NCBI GenBank assembly: GCA_963744655.1
Contig: CAVUUJ010000002.1
Span: forward strand, 27,580 to 91,579
Direction: 5' to 3'
Length of the DNA stretch: 64,000 nt
Origin: an uncultured bacterium
Lineage (GTDB): Bacteria; Verrucomicrobiota; Kiritimatiellia; PWTM01
Both the position numbers and the translations under genes were made by a program. Below are positions 21,752-33,652 of the stretch, piece by piece. The notes below the pieces were generated by a model. That model saw nothing but the letters and a program-made list of their open reading frames with translations. It was not told the DNA's origin and ran no database searches. Each line of letters begins with the position of its first letter. Within the stretch, counting starts at the first letter, position 1.

Positions 21752-24196
21752 ATGAGACGACTGAAGCAGACTTTGGCCGACCGGTCCGTGTTCGCGGTGG
21801 TGGCCGAACTGACCTCGGGGCCCGGTTACAGCATCGCCCCCATCCGGAAGTTCCTGGCCGCGTTCAAGGAGGAAGGCCCCGCGGCGCTCCCGGCCGGGTA
21901 CACGCTCGCGGGGATCGCCCTGCCCCAGAACCCCGGCGGCGTGTCCAACCTGGATCCCTCCGACGTGCTCGCGCAGCTCGGCCCGTCGGGTTTGCTCGAC
22001 GAGCTCGACGTGATCCCGCACCTCAGCTGCAAGGACCACAACCGCGACGCCCTTCACTCGGCGCTGGTGGGGTACCGGCAGCGCGGCATCGAGACGGTCC
22101 TGGCGCTGACGGGCGACAAGCCCGTTTCAGCCATGGGCGTGTTCGACCTCGAGTCCGCGGGCCTGCTCCAGATGATCTCGAAGAGGAACCGCGACGCGCT
22201 GCTCAAGGCCAAGCCCGGGCAGCTGGACCGGGTCGAGCAGCTGTTCCCGGGGGCGGCGGTGTCGCCGTTCAAGTACACCGAGCCCTCGCAGATGCAGCAG
22301 TACTACAAGATGGAGAAGAAGATCCTCGCCGGCGCCCGGTTCCTCGTCACCCAGGTGGGCTGGGACTGGAGGAAGTCCGTCGAGCTGATGACCTACCTCG
22401 ACGAGGCGAAGCTGGACGTGCCCGTCATCGGGAACGTGTTCTTCCTGAGCACGACCAACCCCGCGCCGCGGCTGATGCGGGACGGCAAGCTGCCCGGCTG
22501 CTTCGTGAGCGATGCCCTGTTCCAGAAGCTCACGTCCGAATCGCGCGCCCAGCACGTGGAGCGCGCGGCGCAGCAGGTGGCCATGTACCGGTCCATCGGC
22601 GCGGCGGGCGTGGACCTGGGCGGCGTGCACGACTTCGCCACGTTCCGGTCCATCCTCGCCCGCGCGGCGGAGATCGGCGAGGGCTGGACCGCCTTCAAGG
22701 ACAACCTCTGCTGGCCCCCCCCGGAGAACGCCTTCTACCTCTACGACGGCGAGGGCCGCCGCGCGACCGCCCCGGCCGGCCGGCCCACGGGGCACGACCG
22801 GCGGTTCACCTTCCTGCACCGCACGCTGCTCGACCCCGAGCGGAAGGGGTTCCATCTCCTCCGGGCGGCCCTGGAGAAGGCCGGCGCCCGGAAGCGGCCC
22901 GACGGGCTGGCCGCCCGCTCCTTCTTCGCGATGGAGCGCGCCATGAAGCACACCGCGTTCAAGTGCGAGGACTGCGGCGACTGCTTCCTGCCCGAGAACT
23001 TCGGCTACTGCACGATGGGCGGCTGCGCCAAGCGGCTGGCCAACGTGCCCTGCGGCGACGCCAACGTGGACGGCACCTGCGGCAACGCGGAAGGGGTCGT
23101 CTGCCGCGGCGAACACGTGTACCTCGCCGCCAGGGCCTCGGGCGGGCTCGACCGGCTCCGCGCGACGGTCAACCCGCCGCGCGACCCCGCGCTGGCCCAC
23201 ACCTCGTCGATCCTGAACTACCTCTTCGGAAGGGACCACACGATGAAGAACGCGCTCATCTCCATCGGCGAGGCCATCCACGCCTCCATCCCCAAGACCG
23301 GCGCGGTGATGAAGGACCTGCACGCCCGCGGCGAGAACGCTTACGCGAGCCCCAGCCCGGAGCTGGCCTACGTGCGCGCGCTGATCGAGGACCAGGCGGC
23401 CGAGGGCGCCGACTACATCGCCGTCAACGTCGATGCGTTCGGCGAGTCCGACCCGCAGCTCGCGGCCGACATGATGGTCCAGTACGTGCGGCTCGTGCGC
23501 GCGTGGGGCGGCACGGTCCCCGTCTGCATGGACAGCTCCGACGACCGCGTCCTCCTCGCGGGCCTGAAGGAGTGGTACGGCGGCGGCGATGCCGTCCGCC
23601 AGCCCCTGATCAACTCGATCAAGGCCTACACGGCCGACCGGATGATGCCCCTGAAGAAGGACTACGACTTCGCGTTCATCGGCCTGCTCGTGAGCGAGGA
23701 CGCGGCGACCGGGCCCGGCGGCTCCCACTCGGTGGAGGAGCTCGTCGGGCTGGCCCGGGAGCTGTTCGAGAAGGCGGTGCGCATCCACGGGTTCCGGCCC
23801 GAAGAGATCTTCTTCGATTCCACGGTCTTCCCGCTCGCCATCGACATGCCGATGTCGCCCGACGTGCCCGGCTACACGTACCGGGCGTTCGAGACCATCA
23901 AGGCGATCCGGAGCGACCCGTCCATGAAGGGCGTGCACTTTTCCCTCGGCGTGAGCAACTGCTGCCGCGACCTGCCCGGGCGCCGCGTGGGCATCTGCCG
24001 CGCGTACGTCGCCAAGGCGATGGAGTACGGCCTGGACGCGGGCATCGTGAACGTCAGCCACCACTATGGCGCCACGCCGCCGGACCCGGGGCTGCTGGCG
24101 CTGGTGACCGCCTTTGCCGAGATGGACGGCGACGCGGACAAGACCAACACCGCCATCGAGCTGATGGGCCGGTTCTGCGACGAGAACCGCAAGTGA
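21752..24196 (+). CDS. Three-module fusion: methylenetetrahydrofolate reductase (MetF-like) + MTHFR C-terminal Cys-rich (MetV-like) domain + pterin-binding methyltransferase (MeTr / MetH-pterin) domain
   Basis: Uninterrupted 814-aa ORF. N-terminus: IPHLSCKDHNRDALHSALVGYRQRGIETVLALTGDKP...AGARFLVTQVGWD. Middle: FKCEDCGDCFLPENFGYCTMGGCAKRLANVPCGD. C-terminus: ISIGEAIHASIPKTG...ADYIAVNVDAFGE...CMDSSD...LINSIK...FDSTVFPL...HFSLGVSNCCRDLPGRR. Confidence 0.8.
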   Translation: MRRLKQTLADRSVFAVVAELTSGPGYSIAPIRKFLAAFKEEGPAALPAGYTLAGIALPQNPGGVSNLDPSDVLAQLGPSGLLDELDVIPHLSCKDHNRDALHSALVGYRQRGIETVLALTGDKPVSAMGVFDLESAGLLQMISKRNRDALLKAKPGQLDRVEQLFPGAAVSPFKYTEPSQMQQYYKMEKKILAGARFLVTQVGWDWRKSVELMTYLDEAKLDVPVIGNVFFLSTTNPAPRLMRDGKLPGCFVSDALFQKLTSESRAQHVERAAQQVAMYRSIGAAGVDLGGVHDFATFRSILARAAEIGEGWTAFKDNLCWPPPENAFYLYDGEGRRATAPAGRPTGHDRRFTFLHRTLLDPERKGFHLLRAALEKAGARKRPDGLAARSFFAMERAMKHTAFKCEDCGDCFLPENFGYCTMGGCAKRLANVPCGDANVDGTCGNAEGVVCRGEHVYLAARASGGLDRLRATVNPPRDPALAHTSSILNYLFGRDHTMKNALISIGEAIHASIPKTGAVMKDLHARGENAYASPSPELAYVRALIEDQAAEGADYIAVNVDAFGESDPQLAADMMVQYVRLVRAWGGTVPVCMDSSDDRVLLAGLKEWYGGGDAVRQPLINSIKAYTADRMMPLKKDYDFAFIGLLVSEDAATGPGGSHSVEELVGLARELFEKAVRIHGFRPEEIFFDSTVFPLAIDMPMSPDVPGYTYRAFETIKAIRSDPSMKGVHFSLGVSNCCRDLPGRRVGICRAYVAKAMEYGLDAGIVNVSHHYGATPPDPGLLALVTAFAEMDGDADKTNTAIELMGRFCDENRK

Positions 24197-24248
24197 GCCG
24201 CCGGTGCGGCGCGGCGGGCGCAGGGACCGGATCCGCGAGGACCACGCG

Positions 24249-26033
24249 ATGAAACTCGACCCCACACGGATGGCGGACTGGCAGATCGCCGAGGCCGCCG
24301 AGCGGCACATGCAGCCCCTTAGCCGGATCGCCGACCGGCTCGGCCTCCGGGAGGACGAGCTCATTCCCCGTGGGCCGCGGGGTCGCGAAGATCGATTTCC
24401 GCAGGACGTGGTCCCGCGTGAAGGACGCCCCGAGGGGGAAGTACATCGACGTGACGGCCATCACCCCCACCCCGCTGGGCGAAGGCAAGACCACGACGAC
24501 CATGGGGCTCGTGCAGGGGCTGGGCGCGATCGGCAAGAAGCTCGTCGGCGCCATCCGCCAGCCCAGCGGCGGCCCGACCTTCAACATCAAGGGCTCCGCC
24601 GCCGGCGGCGGCCTGGCCCAGTGCATCCCGCTCGCCGCCGTTCTCCCTCGGCCTGACCGGCGACATCGACTCCATCACCAACGCCCACAACCTGGCCATG
24701 GTGGCGCTGACCGCCCGCATGCAGCACGAGACACAACTACGACGACGCGCGCCTGGCCAAGATCGGGCTCACGCCGGCTCGACATCGACCCCGACCGCGT
24801 CCAGATGAAGTGGGCCATGGACTTCTGCGCCCAGGCGCTGCGCAACATCACCATCGGCAAGGGCGGCAAGATGGACGGCTTCGAGATGGAGTCCGGCTTC
24901 CAGATCACCGTCTCCAGCGAGATCATGGCCATCCTCGCCGTGGCGCACGACCTGGCGGACCTGCGCGAGCGCATCGGGCCGCATCGTCGTGGCCTACGAC
25001 CGAGCAGGGCAAGGAGGTCACCACCGCCGACCTGGAGGTGGACGGCGCCATGACCGCCTGGATGGTCGACGCCATCAACCCGAACCTGCTGCAGACCATC
25101 GAAGGGCAGCCGGTCCTCGTGCACGCCGGGCCCGTTCGCCAACATCGCCATCGGCCAGAGCTCGATCATCGCCGACCAGCTCGGCATCCGCCTGGGCGAC
25201 TACCACGTCACCGAGAGCGGGTTCGGCGCCGACATCGGCTTCGAGAAGTTCTGGAACCTGAAGTGCCGCTTCTCCGGGCTCGAAGCCGGACGCGGTGGTG
25301 ATCGTGGCCACGGTCCGCGCGCTGAAGATGCACGGCGGCGGGCCCGACGGTGAAGCCCGGCATGCCGCTCGACGACGCCTACACCCGGGAGAACCTCGGG
25401 CTGCTCGAAGAAGGGCTGCGCGCAACCTGGTCGCGCACATCGAGACGGTCGAAGCCAGCGGCGTCCGCCCCGTGGTCTGCATCAACAGCTTCCACACCGA
25501 CACCCGGCGGAGATCGCGCTGGTCCGCCGCGTCGCCGAGGAGAACGGCGCGCTGCTGCGCGGTGTCCGAGCACTGGCTGCAAGGGCGGCGAGGGCGCCGA
25601 TCGAGCTGGCCGAGGCCGTCGTGGCGGCCTGCGAGGAGCAGCAACGACTTCACGTTCCTCTACGACCTCGACCATGCCGCTCAAGGACCGCATCGAGCTG
25701 ATCGCCACGCGAGGTCTACGGCGCCGACGGCGTCGACGTACTCGGACGAGGCCGAGCAGAAGATCGAACGGCTGCGAGGCCGACCCGGAGGCCGCGAAGC
25801 TGGGCACCTGCATGGTCAAGACGCACCTGAGCCTCTCGCACGACCCGGACCTGCAAGGGCGCGCCCGCGCGGACTGGGACCTGCCGATCCGCGACGTGCT
25901 CGTCTACAAGGGCGCCGGCTTCGTCGTCCCGGTGGCCGGCGACATCAAGCTGATGCCCGGCACCGGCTCGAACCCCGCCTTCCGCCGCATCGACGTGGAC
26001 GTGGAAACCGGCAAGGTGACGGGCCTGTTCTAG
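24249..26033 (+). pseudogene. fhs: Formate--tetrahydrofolate ligase, heavily frameshifted
   Basis: Fhs blocks are scattered over three frames: MKLDPTRMADWQIAEAAE..., [113 protein letters not shown]. There are roughly ten frame changes. Confidence 0.85.
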
Positions 26034-26956
26034 CCCGGCGTGCGCCCGCGCGGCGGGCGCCCCGGCCGGAGGGCGTCCCGGATCGCGCGGATGTGCTCCG
26101 GCGTGGTGCCGCAGCAGCCCCCGACGATGCCGGCCCCCGCCGCCACCAGCGCCCCCGCCTGGCGGGCCATGTCCGCCGGCGTGTCCGGGAAGACGTCCAC
26201 CCCGTCCACCTGCCGGGGCAGCCCGGCGTTGGCGTGCACGAGGATCGGGGCGCCCGCGGCCGCCGGGCGCATCGCCCGGACGATCTCCACCATGCGTTCG
26301 ATCCCGTTGCCGCAGTTCGTGCCGACGATGTCCGCGCCGGCGCGGACCATCGCCTCCGCGGCCTCCTCCGGCGACACCCCCATCATGGTGCGGTAGTCGC
26401 CCCTCACGGTCCGCTCGAAGGTGAACGTGGCGATGACCTCGCAGGCGGTGTGCTCCCGGGCCGCCCGGACCGCCAGCGCCGCCTCCTCCACGTCGCTCAT
26501 GGTCTCCACGCACAGGGCGTCGGCGCCGCCCCGCGCGAGCGCCTCCGCCTGCTGGCGGAAGGCCTCGTAGAGTTCCTCCCCGGTGACGTCGCCCATCGCG
26601 AGCATCCTGCCGGTCGGGCCGACGGAGGCGATCACCCACCGCTCGCCGCCGGCCTCCGCCGCGGCCTCCGCCGAGAGCCGCGCGGCGGCCTCGTTGAGTT
26701 CCTCCGTCCGCCCGTCCAGGCCGAAGTGCCGGAGCTTGAACGACGTGCCGCCGAAGCTGTCGGTCTGGACCAGGTCGGCGCCCGCGGCGAGGTAGCGCCG
26801 CGCGATGTCCTTCACGTCCGCGGGCCGTTCGGCGGCCCAGCGTTCCGGGCATTCGCCGGGCCGCAGGCCCCGGTCCTGCAGGAGCGTGCCCCACGCCCCG
26901 TCGGAAACCAGCACCCGCCCGCCCCGCACCGCATCGGCTATGCGTGTCTTCGGCAT
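26030..26956 (-). CDS. Homocysteine S-methyltransferase-domain protein (stand-alone MetH Hcy-binding module / MmuM-like)
   Basis: 308 aa with GAGAGGAGG SD. ...[13 protein letters not shown]...[11 protein letters not shown]...VGPTG...[11 protein letters not shown]...GTNCGNG...[11 protein letters not shown] carries the Zn-binding Cys pattern. Confidence 0.85.
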   Translation of the reverse strand: MPKTRIADAVRGGRVLVSDGAWGTLLQDRGLRPGECPERWAAERPADVKDIARRYLAAGADLVQTDSFGGTSFKLRHFGLDGRTEELNEAAARLSAEAAAEAGGERWVIASVGPTGRMLAMGDVTGEELYEAFRQQAEALARGGADALCVETMSDVEEAALAVRAAREHTACEVIATFTFERTVRGDYRTMMGVSPEEAAEAMVRAGADIVGTNCGNGIERMVEIVRAMRPAAAGAPILVHANAGLPRQVDGVDVFPDTPADMARQAGALVAAGAGIVGGCCGTTPEHIRAIRDALRPGRPPRGRTPG

Positions 26957-27018
26957 GTCTGCCTCCTCTCCCGGGCCGGCAAGCGCCCGGCGGCCGCGCG
27001 GCCGCGGGCGCTCCCGGT

Positions 27019-27669
27019 TCACTCGCCGCGGAGCAGGGCGTCCAGCTTCGCCCCGAGCCTCTTCGCCTGCGCCGCGAAGACCGCGGCCTGCGCCTCTTGC
27101 TGCCCGCCCGGCCGCAGCGGGTTCTCCCGGTAGGCCTCCGTGCTGTCCAGCCGGTCGGCGGTCAGCAGGGCCGCCGTCCCGCTGTCGACGAGGAGGAACG
27201 AGACCGAGCTGCCCACCTCGTACCGGCCCGACACGATGCTCGTGCGCCGGTAGAACTCCGAGGCGTCGAGGTGCAGCACGAGCACGTACTCCGAAAGGCT
27301 GCGCACGCCGATCTCCTGCAGGGCGTTGAAGCTGATGCGCTCCGGCACGAGGAACGAGGGGATCGGCGTCACCCGGTCGATCCGGCCGGACGCCTGGAGC
27401 TCCCCGACGAGCGCGTGCAGGAACATCGACTCCAGCCGGGCATCGACATACCCGCCTCGCACGACCAGGACGCACACGTCCACGGGGAACGCGGCGGGCG
27501 GAGGCGTGGCCGAGATCGCCGCGATCTGCTCCGTTGTCAACCCGTTCTCGTGCAGGGCGATGCGGTCGTACCGGACCGGTCGCTCCCGGAACTGCGCCGT
27601 GTCGTACACCCGGTGGCCGGTGCAGCCCGCCAGCACCGCGGCCAGCAGGGGCAAGAGCTTTCGCCTCAT
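27019..27669 (-). CDS. Lipoprotein of unknown function
   Basis: MRRKLLPLLAAVLAGC lipobox, AGGAGAGGG SD, 216 aa, no family recognised. Confidence 0.7.
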   Translation of the reverse strand: MRRKLLPLLAAVLAGCTGHRVYDTAQFRERPVRYDRIALHENGLTTEQIAAISATPPPAAFPVDVCVLVVRGGYVDARLESMFLHALVGELQASGRIDRVTPIPSFLVPERISFNALQEIGVRSLSEYVLVLHLDASEFYRRTSIVSGRYEVGSSVSFLLVDSGTAALLTADRLDSTEAYRENPLRPGGQQEAQAAVFAAQAKRLGAKLDALLRGE

Positions 27670-27822
27670 GGAATCCCTCTCCTTTCCCCGACCCCGCACG
27701 AACCCGCCGCGCGCACCCGCCCGCCCGCGCGCCGTCCGCCGGCGGCCTGCTTGCCTCGCCCGCCGGCCCGCGGCTATAGTGGGCGTCTCGGCGGACGGCG
27801 GGCGGAAACGAGGATCGAATCG

Positions 27823-28859
27823 ATGAAGGCATTGGTCAAGGCGGAAGCGGCCGAGGGGCTGGTGCTGCAGGATGTGCCCGAACCGCCCGTGGGCAAGAGC
27901 GACGTGCTGATCCGGATCCTCAAGACCAGCATCTGCGGCACCGACGTCCACATCTGGAACTGGGACGAGTGGGCGCAGAAGACCATCCCGGTGCCGATGA
28001 CCATCGGCCACGAGTTCGTGGGCGCGGATCGAGCGCTGTCGGCGAGCAACGTCAGCGACTTCCGTGCCGGCGACCTCGTCAGCGGCGAGGGGCACGTGGT
28101 CTGCGGGCGGTGCCGCAACTGCCTGGCCGGGCGCGGCACCTGTGCGCCAAGACCCGCGGCGTGGGCGTCAACCGGGACGGGTGCCTTCGCCGAGTACCTC
28201 GCCCTGCCGGTCACGAACGTCTGGCCGGCCGATCCCGACATCCCGCTGGAGGTCACGAGCTGCTTCGACCCGCTGGGCAACGCCACCCACACGGCGCTGT
28301 CGTTTCGACGTGCTGGGCGAGGACGTGCTGATCACCGGCGCCGGCCCGATCGGCGTCATGGCCACGGCCATCGCCCGGCACTGCCGGGGCCCGCTACGTC
28401 GTGGTCACCGACGTCAACCCGTACCGGCTCGAGCTGGCGCGGAAGATGGGCGCCACGCTGGCCCTGGACGTGCGGCAGGGCAGGAGCATCGCGGACGGCG
28501 CAGCAGGAACTGGGCATGAAGGAGGGCTTCGACGTCGGCCTGGAGATGTCCGGCAACCCGGCCGCCTTCCGCGACATGCTGGCCAACATGTGCCACGGCG
28601 GCAAGATCGCCATGCTCGGCATCCTGCCCAGGATGGAGATCGACTGGGACCTGGTGGTCTTCAACAGCCTGACCATCAAGGGCATCTACGGCCGGGAGAT
28701 GTACGAGACCTGGTACAAGATGACCGTCGATGATCCAGACCGGCCTGGACATCACGCCCGTCATCACCCACCGCTTCCACTACACCGAGTTCCGAGGAGG
28801 CCTTCGAGGTCATGCGGTCGGGCAACGCCGGCAAGGTCATCCTCAACTGGAGCGAGTAG
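27823..28859 (+). pseudogene. tdh: L-threonine 3-dehydrogenase, frameshifted
   Basis: [67 protein letters not shown], then Tdh blocks in other frames ([73 protein letters not shown], ending GKVILNWSE). Confidence 0.85.
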
Positions 28860-28869
28860 GAAGGGCGCC

Positions 28870-30079
<1,210 letters not shown>

Positions 30080-30121
30080 GGCCCCGCGCCGCCGGGCCGC
30101 CTCCCCGCGGCTGCGGGCCGG

Positions 30122-30949
30122 CTACCGCAGGATGCGCCGGTCCGTGAACCGGTCGGCCTCGTCCATCGAGGGCGTCGAGAACTCCAGGCAGACGAACCCG
30201 TCGCCGCCGGCCGCGAGCGAGTGCCGCGTCCCCTTGGGCAGGAGCACGGTCGTGCCGGGCGCGAGGTGGAGCCGCGCCGTGGTGGTGACGGGGTGCGCGG
30301 CCAGCGCGCGTTCCGTGAAAGGCTCGAGGTAGTGCGGAACGGCGTCGGGCCGGGCCGCCGGCGGCGCGGAGACGACGCGCGCCCTGTCGGAGCAGAGCAC
30401 CGCCTCGCCGTACACGGCGAAGAAGGTCTCGGACTTGCCCGGCAGGTGGGCCACGAGTTCGGCGCGCCGCTCCTCCGGGAAGGCTGTCTCCCCTTCCGCG
30501 GCCTGCACGATCGTGTAGTCGCCGGCGCGGTAGCGGAAGACCGGTTCGCCCCCCTCCCGGCGGATCGAACCGTCGGCCTCGTACGCGTAGACGCCCTGGA
30601 AGCCGTTCACGAGCTGCGCCAGCTCCACGAAACCCGCGGGCGCTTCGGCGCCCCGGGGCAGCACGTACGTGTCGACGTGCTCGTGCTCGGGGAGGAACTG
30701 GCCGGGCAGGCTCATGAGCACCTTGCCGGTATGGCCCGTGCCGTCGGCGTCGCGGTAGTTGACGACGGTCTCGATGCCGAGCCCGCACGCCTCGAACGCG
30801 GCCAGGTCGGCGGACAGCCCGAACGTGGCGACTTCCAGCCGCTCGCGGGCGGGTTCGCCCACGCGGGCAAACGCCCTCGCGTACAGCCCGGCGTACCGCG
30901 CGCGGGCCTCGTCCATGTCGCGCGCCTGCAAGGAAAGGCTCTCGGCCAT
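30122..30949 (-). CDS. Cupin-fold protein, possibly a sugar isomerase (function uncertain)
   Basis: 275-aa ORF with GGAGGAG SD. His-rich cupin-like segment KVLMSLPGQFLPEHEHVD and a second barrel near the C-terminus (LLPKGTRHSL). The family call is tentative. Confidence 0.5.
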   Translation of the reverse strand: MAESLSLQARDMDEARARYAGLYARAFARVGEPARERLEVATFGLSADLAAFEACGLGIETVVNYRDADGTGHTGKVLMSLPGQFLPEHEHVDTYVLPRGAEAPAGFVELAQLVNGFQGVYAYEADGSIRREGGEPVFRYRAGDYTIVQAAEGETAFPEERRAELVAHLPGKSETFFAVYGEAVLCSDRARVVSAPPAARPDAVPHYLEPFTERALAAHPVTTTARLHLAPGTTVLLPKGTRHSLAAGGDGFVCLEFSTPSMDEADRFTDRRILR

Positions 30950-31086
30950 GACCCGTCTCCTCCGTTCGTGCGCCCTGTCGCGCCGGCCGGCCGGGCCGCG
31001 CCCCGGGACCGTGCACGGTACGCGATCCGCCCGGCGCCCGCAACCCGGTCCGCGCGAGGCCGGGCGGTTCGCGGCGGCCCGGCCGG

Positions 31087-32346
31087 CTACGGCAGGCCGT
31101 CCGCGCCCGCCCGCCGGGCCAGGGCCGCGGCGACCAGGTCCCGGACCCGGCGGCGCTCGGCTTCCGGCGCCTCCCGCGGCCACAGCTCGCGCGCGACCCG
31201 GTCCGCGTCCCACCCGGGCTCCTCCCGGGCCAGCGCCCGCACGGCCGCCGCGGCGCCGAGCGCGAACCGCCGCGGTTCGATGCCCGCCGCGAGGGCGAGG
31301 CGCATCGTGCCGACCAGGCGGTCGTCCCAGCCCAGCTTTCGGCGCGGGTCGCGGATCACCCGGTCCACGGCGTCGCGGAGCCACGGGTTCAACATGCGCG
31401 CGAGCAGGTCCTCGGCGTAGGCGCGGTAGCCGGCCTCGGTGAACAGCGGGTCCACCCCCGCGTGCCGCCCGAGGAGCGCGCCGCCGGACTCCTCGAGGAA
31501 CGCGGCGCGTCCGAAGGCCAGCAGGGCCGCGTCGCCCGCGATGTCCGACATGAACCGGTGCCCCCGCCCTACGGCGAGGAAGCCCAGCAGGGCGTGGACG
31601 GCGTTGTGGCCGTAGAGTTTCGCCTCCTCGAACGGGAGCAGGTCCGGCTTCTCGACAAAGGCGGACAGTCCGCGGCGGAACCCGGGCCGTTCGACCCGCG
31701 ACACCAGGATCCGGTTGAACGCCTCGACCCGGAACGCGCGGGACGAGCCGGGGGTGACCGTCGCGAGGCCGTCCCGCGCGATGTCCGCCGCGTCCGTCAC
31801 GACCCCGCTCATCTTGCCGACCACCGTGTTGAGCAGCTGGACCCCCGGCACCGGCGTCACGCCGCCCCGGCCGGCGCCGCGCCGCGCCAGCGCGGCCGCC
31901 AGGTGTTCGGCGGCATGGTTGTGGTTCTCCGCCGTGTAGACCACGCACGGCGGGCCTTCGCCCGCGGCCTTGCGGAGGACGGCGGCGGCGAGCAGGTCCG
32001 CCGGGCTCGGGTCGCCGCGTTCGTAGAAATCGACGCTCGGGAGCGCCGTGCCGATCTCCGAGGCGGCCGCGAGGCGCTCGACCAGCCGGCCGGCGTCGGC
32101 CGCCGCGTTGGGGTTCAGGATCTCCAAGCCCTCCACCCGCCGCGCACGCACGCCGTCGGCCGAGGCCACGTTCACCCGGAAGGCGCCGCCCGCCGCGCGC
32201 ACGGCGTCCACGACCCCGGGCACCACCTCGGCCACCGTGAGCCGGTCGAAGACGCCGGCGTCGAACGCCTCGAGCAGAAAGAGCCCCCCCTGGATGGCGC
32301 CGAAGCCGAATCCCGCGTAAGCGCGCCCGCTGCCGGTGTGTGTCAT
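31087..32346 (-). CDS. Mannitol-dehydrogenase-family-like oxidoreductase (long-chain polyol/sugar-phosphate dehydrogenase)
   Basis: 419 aa. N-terminal Rossmann segment GFGFGAIQGGLFLLEAF and a central KLYGHNAVHALLGFL block resemble mannitol-1-P / mannitol 2-dehydrogenase families. Assignment from memory. Confidence 0.55.
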   Translation of the reverse strand: MTHTGSGRAYAGFGFGAIQGGLFLLEAFDAGVFDRLTVAEVVPGVVDAVRAAGGAFRVNVASADGVRARRVEGLEILNPNAAADAGRLVERLAAASEIGTALPSVDFYERGDPSPADLLAAAVLRKAAGEGPPCVVYTAENHNHAAEHLAAALARRGAGRGGVTPVPGVQLLNTVVGKMSGVVTDAADIARDGLATVTPGSSRAFRVEAFNRILVSRVERPGFRRGLSAFVEKPDLLPFEEAKLYGHNAVHALLGFLAVGRGHRFMSDIAGDAALLAFGRAAFLEESGGALLGRHAGVDPLFTEAGYRAYAEDLLARMLNPWLRDAVDRVIRDPRRKLGWDDRLVGTMRLALAAGIEPRRFALGAAAAVRALAREEPGWDADRVARELWPREAPEAERRRVRDLVAAALARRAGADGLP

Positions 32347-32379
32347 CTGGCCGCCCGTCCCGTTGTCCCGCCGCCCGCC

Positions 32380-33652
32380 CTATTCGTGCCGGAGGGCGAC
32401 GATCGGGTCAAGCGACGCCGCCCGTTTCGCGGGATAGATGCCGAACACGATGCCGATCAGGACGCTGATGCCGAAGGACAGCGGGATGCTGTAGGCCGGG
32501 ATGACGGTGGGCAGGCCGGAGAACTGCGTGATCGAGCACCGGGATGAGCAGCCCCAGCGCGATGCCGATGAGGCCGCCGCTGCACGAGAGCACCACCGTC
32601 TCCACGAGGAACTGGATGACGATCTGCCGCCGGCGCGCCCCGATGGCCCGGCGGATGCCGATCTCGCGCGTCCGCTCGGTGACCGAGGCGAGCATGATGT
32701 TCATGATCCCGATGCCGCCCACCAGCAGGCTGATGCCCGCGATCGATCCGAGCACGATGTTGAACGTGCGCTTCGTCGACCTCGGCCTGGCGCAGCAGGG
32801 CCAGCGGCACGCTGACGCGGTAGTCCTCCTGCTTGTGAAACCGTTTCAGCATCGCCCGGATCGCCGCCGCCGCCGGTTCCACCCGGTCGAGCCCTTCGAC
32901 CTCCACGAGCACCTGGTGCAGTTCCACGAGCTCCACCTCGCGCGATCCCGACGTGCGGCGCATGTTCACCTCGCCGAACCGGTCGACAGCAGCACGTTGA
33001 TCGGGATGTAGGCGTCCGATGTCCTGGTCGGGGGCCTGGACGGATCCGCCGGCCTGTTCGCTGCGCACGATCCCCACCACCTCGAAGAAGTCGGCGCCGA
33101 TGCGCACCGACTGCCCGATCGAGTGCCCGGTGGCCAGCAGCCGGCGCGCGCCCGTCTCCGTCAGCACGCAAACCGCGCCGTGCCCCGCGAGGTCGGCCTC
33201 CGCAAGGGTGCGGCCCGCCAGGACCTCGCGGCGCACGAGCTCGAACCAGCCCGGCGTCGGTGCCCACCACGCGCAGTTCCGCGGTGCGCTCCCCGAGGCG
33301 GGCGTCGCGCCGCAGCAGCCGCACGGGCACCGTGCGCCGTACGTGCGGGATCGACTCGCGCGATGCGCGCCTCGTCCTCGTAGAGCAGGCCGTAGAGGCT
33401 CATCCACGAACGCTGGGTGCTGCTCTGCTCGTCCTCCATCGGCTTGACGGAGGTGAGGATGATGTTGTGGCTCCCGAGCTTGCGGATCTCCGCCAGCGCC
33501 TGCCGGCTGGCCCCCTCGCCGACGGCGAGCATGGCGATGACGCTGCCCACGCCGAACACGACGCCGAGGATCGTGAGCAGCGAACGCATCTTGTGGAGCA
33601 GCAGGTCCTTCACCCCGAGCCGGACGTTGCGGGCGATCCGGGAGCGGCGCAT
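32380..33652 (-). pseudogene. macB: MacB/FtsX-type ABC transporter permease, frameshifted
   Basis: The N-terminus MRRSRIARNVRLGVKDLLLHKMRSLLTILGVVFGVGSVIAMLAVGEGA starts at a TGATG overlap with the ATPase stop. Later blocks lie in other frames: periplasmic domain ...FFEVVGIV..., then [49 protein letters not shown], ending ...DPIVALRHE (stop at 32380). Confidence 0.8.

Noticed and set aside
22127-24364. 745-aa minus-strand ORF antisense to the MetF fusion gene. Similar cases: 50410..52575 (721 aa), 55838..57685 (615 aa), 36840..37985, 38139..42908 (1589 aa), 16987..19245 (752 aa) and 59802..61754 (650 aa).
   Set aside because: These are shadow ORFs. They have no family-like motifs and extreme R/G/A/P composition, and each overlaps a gene with clear homology-type sequence on the other strand or frame.
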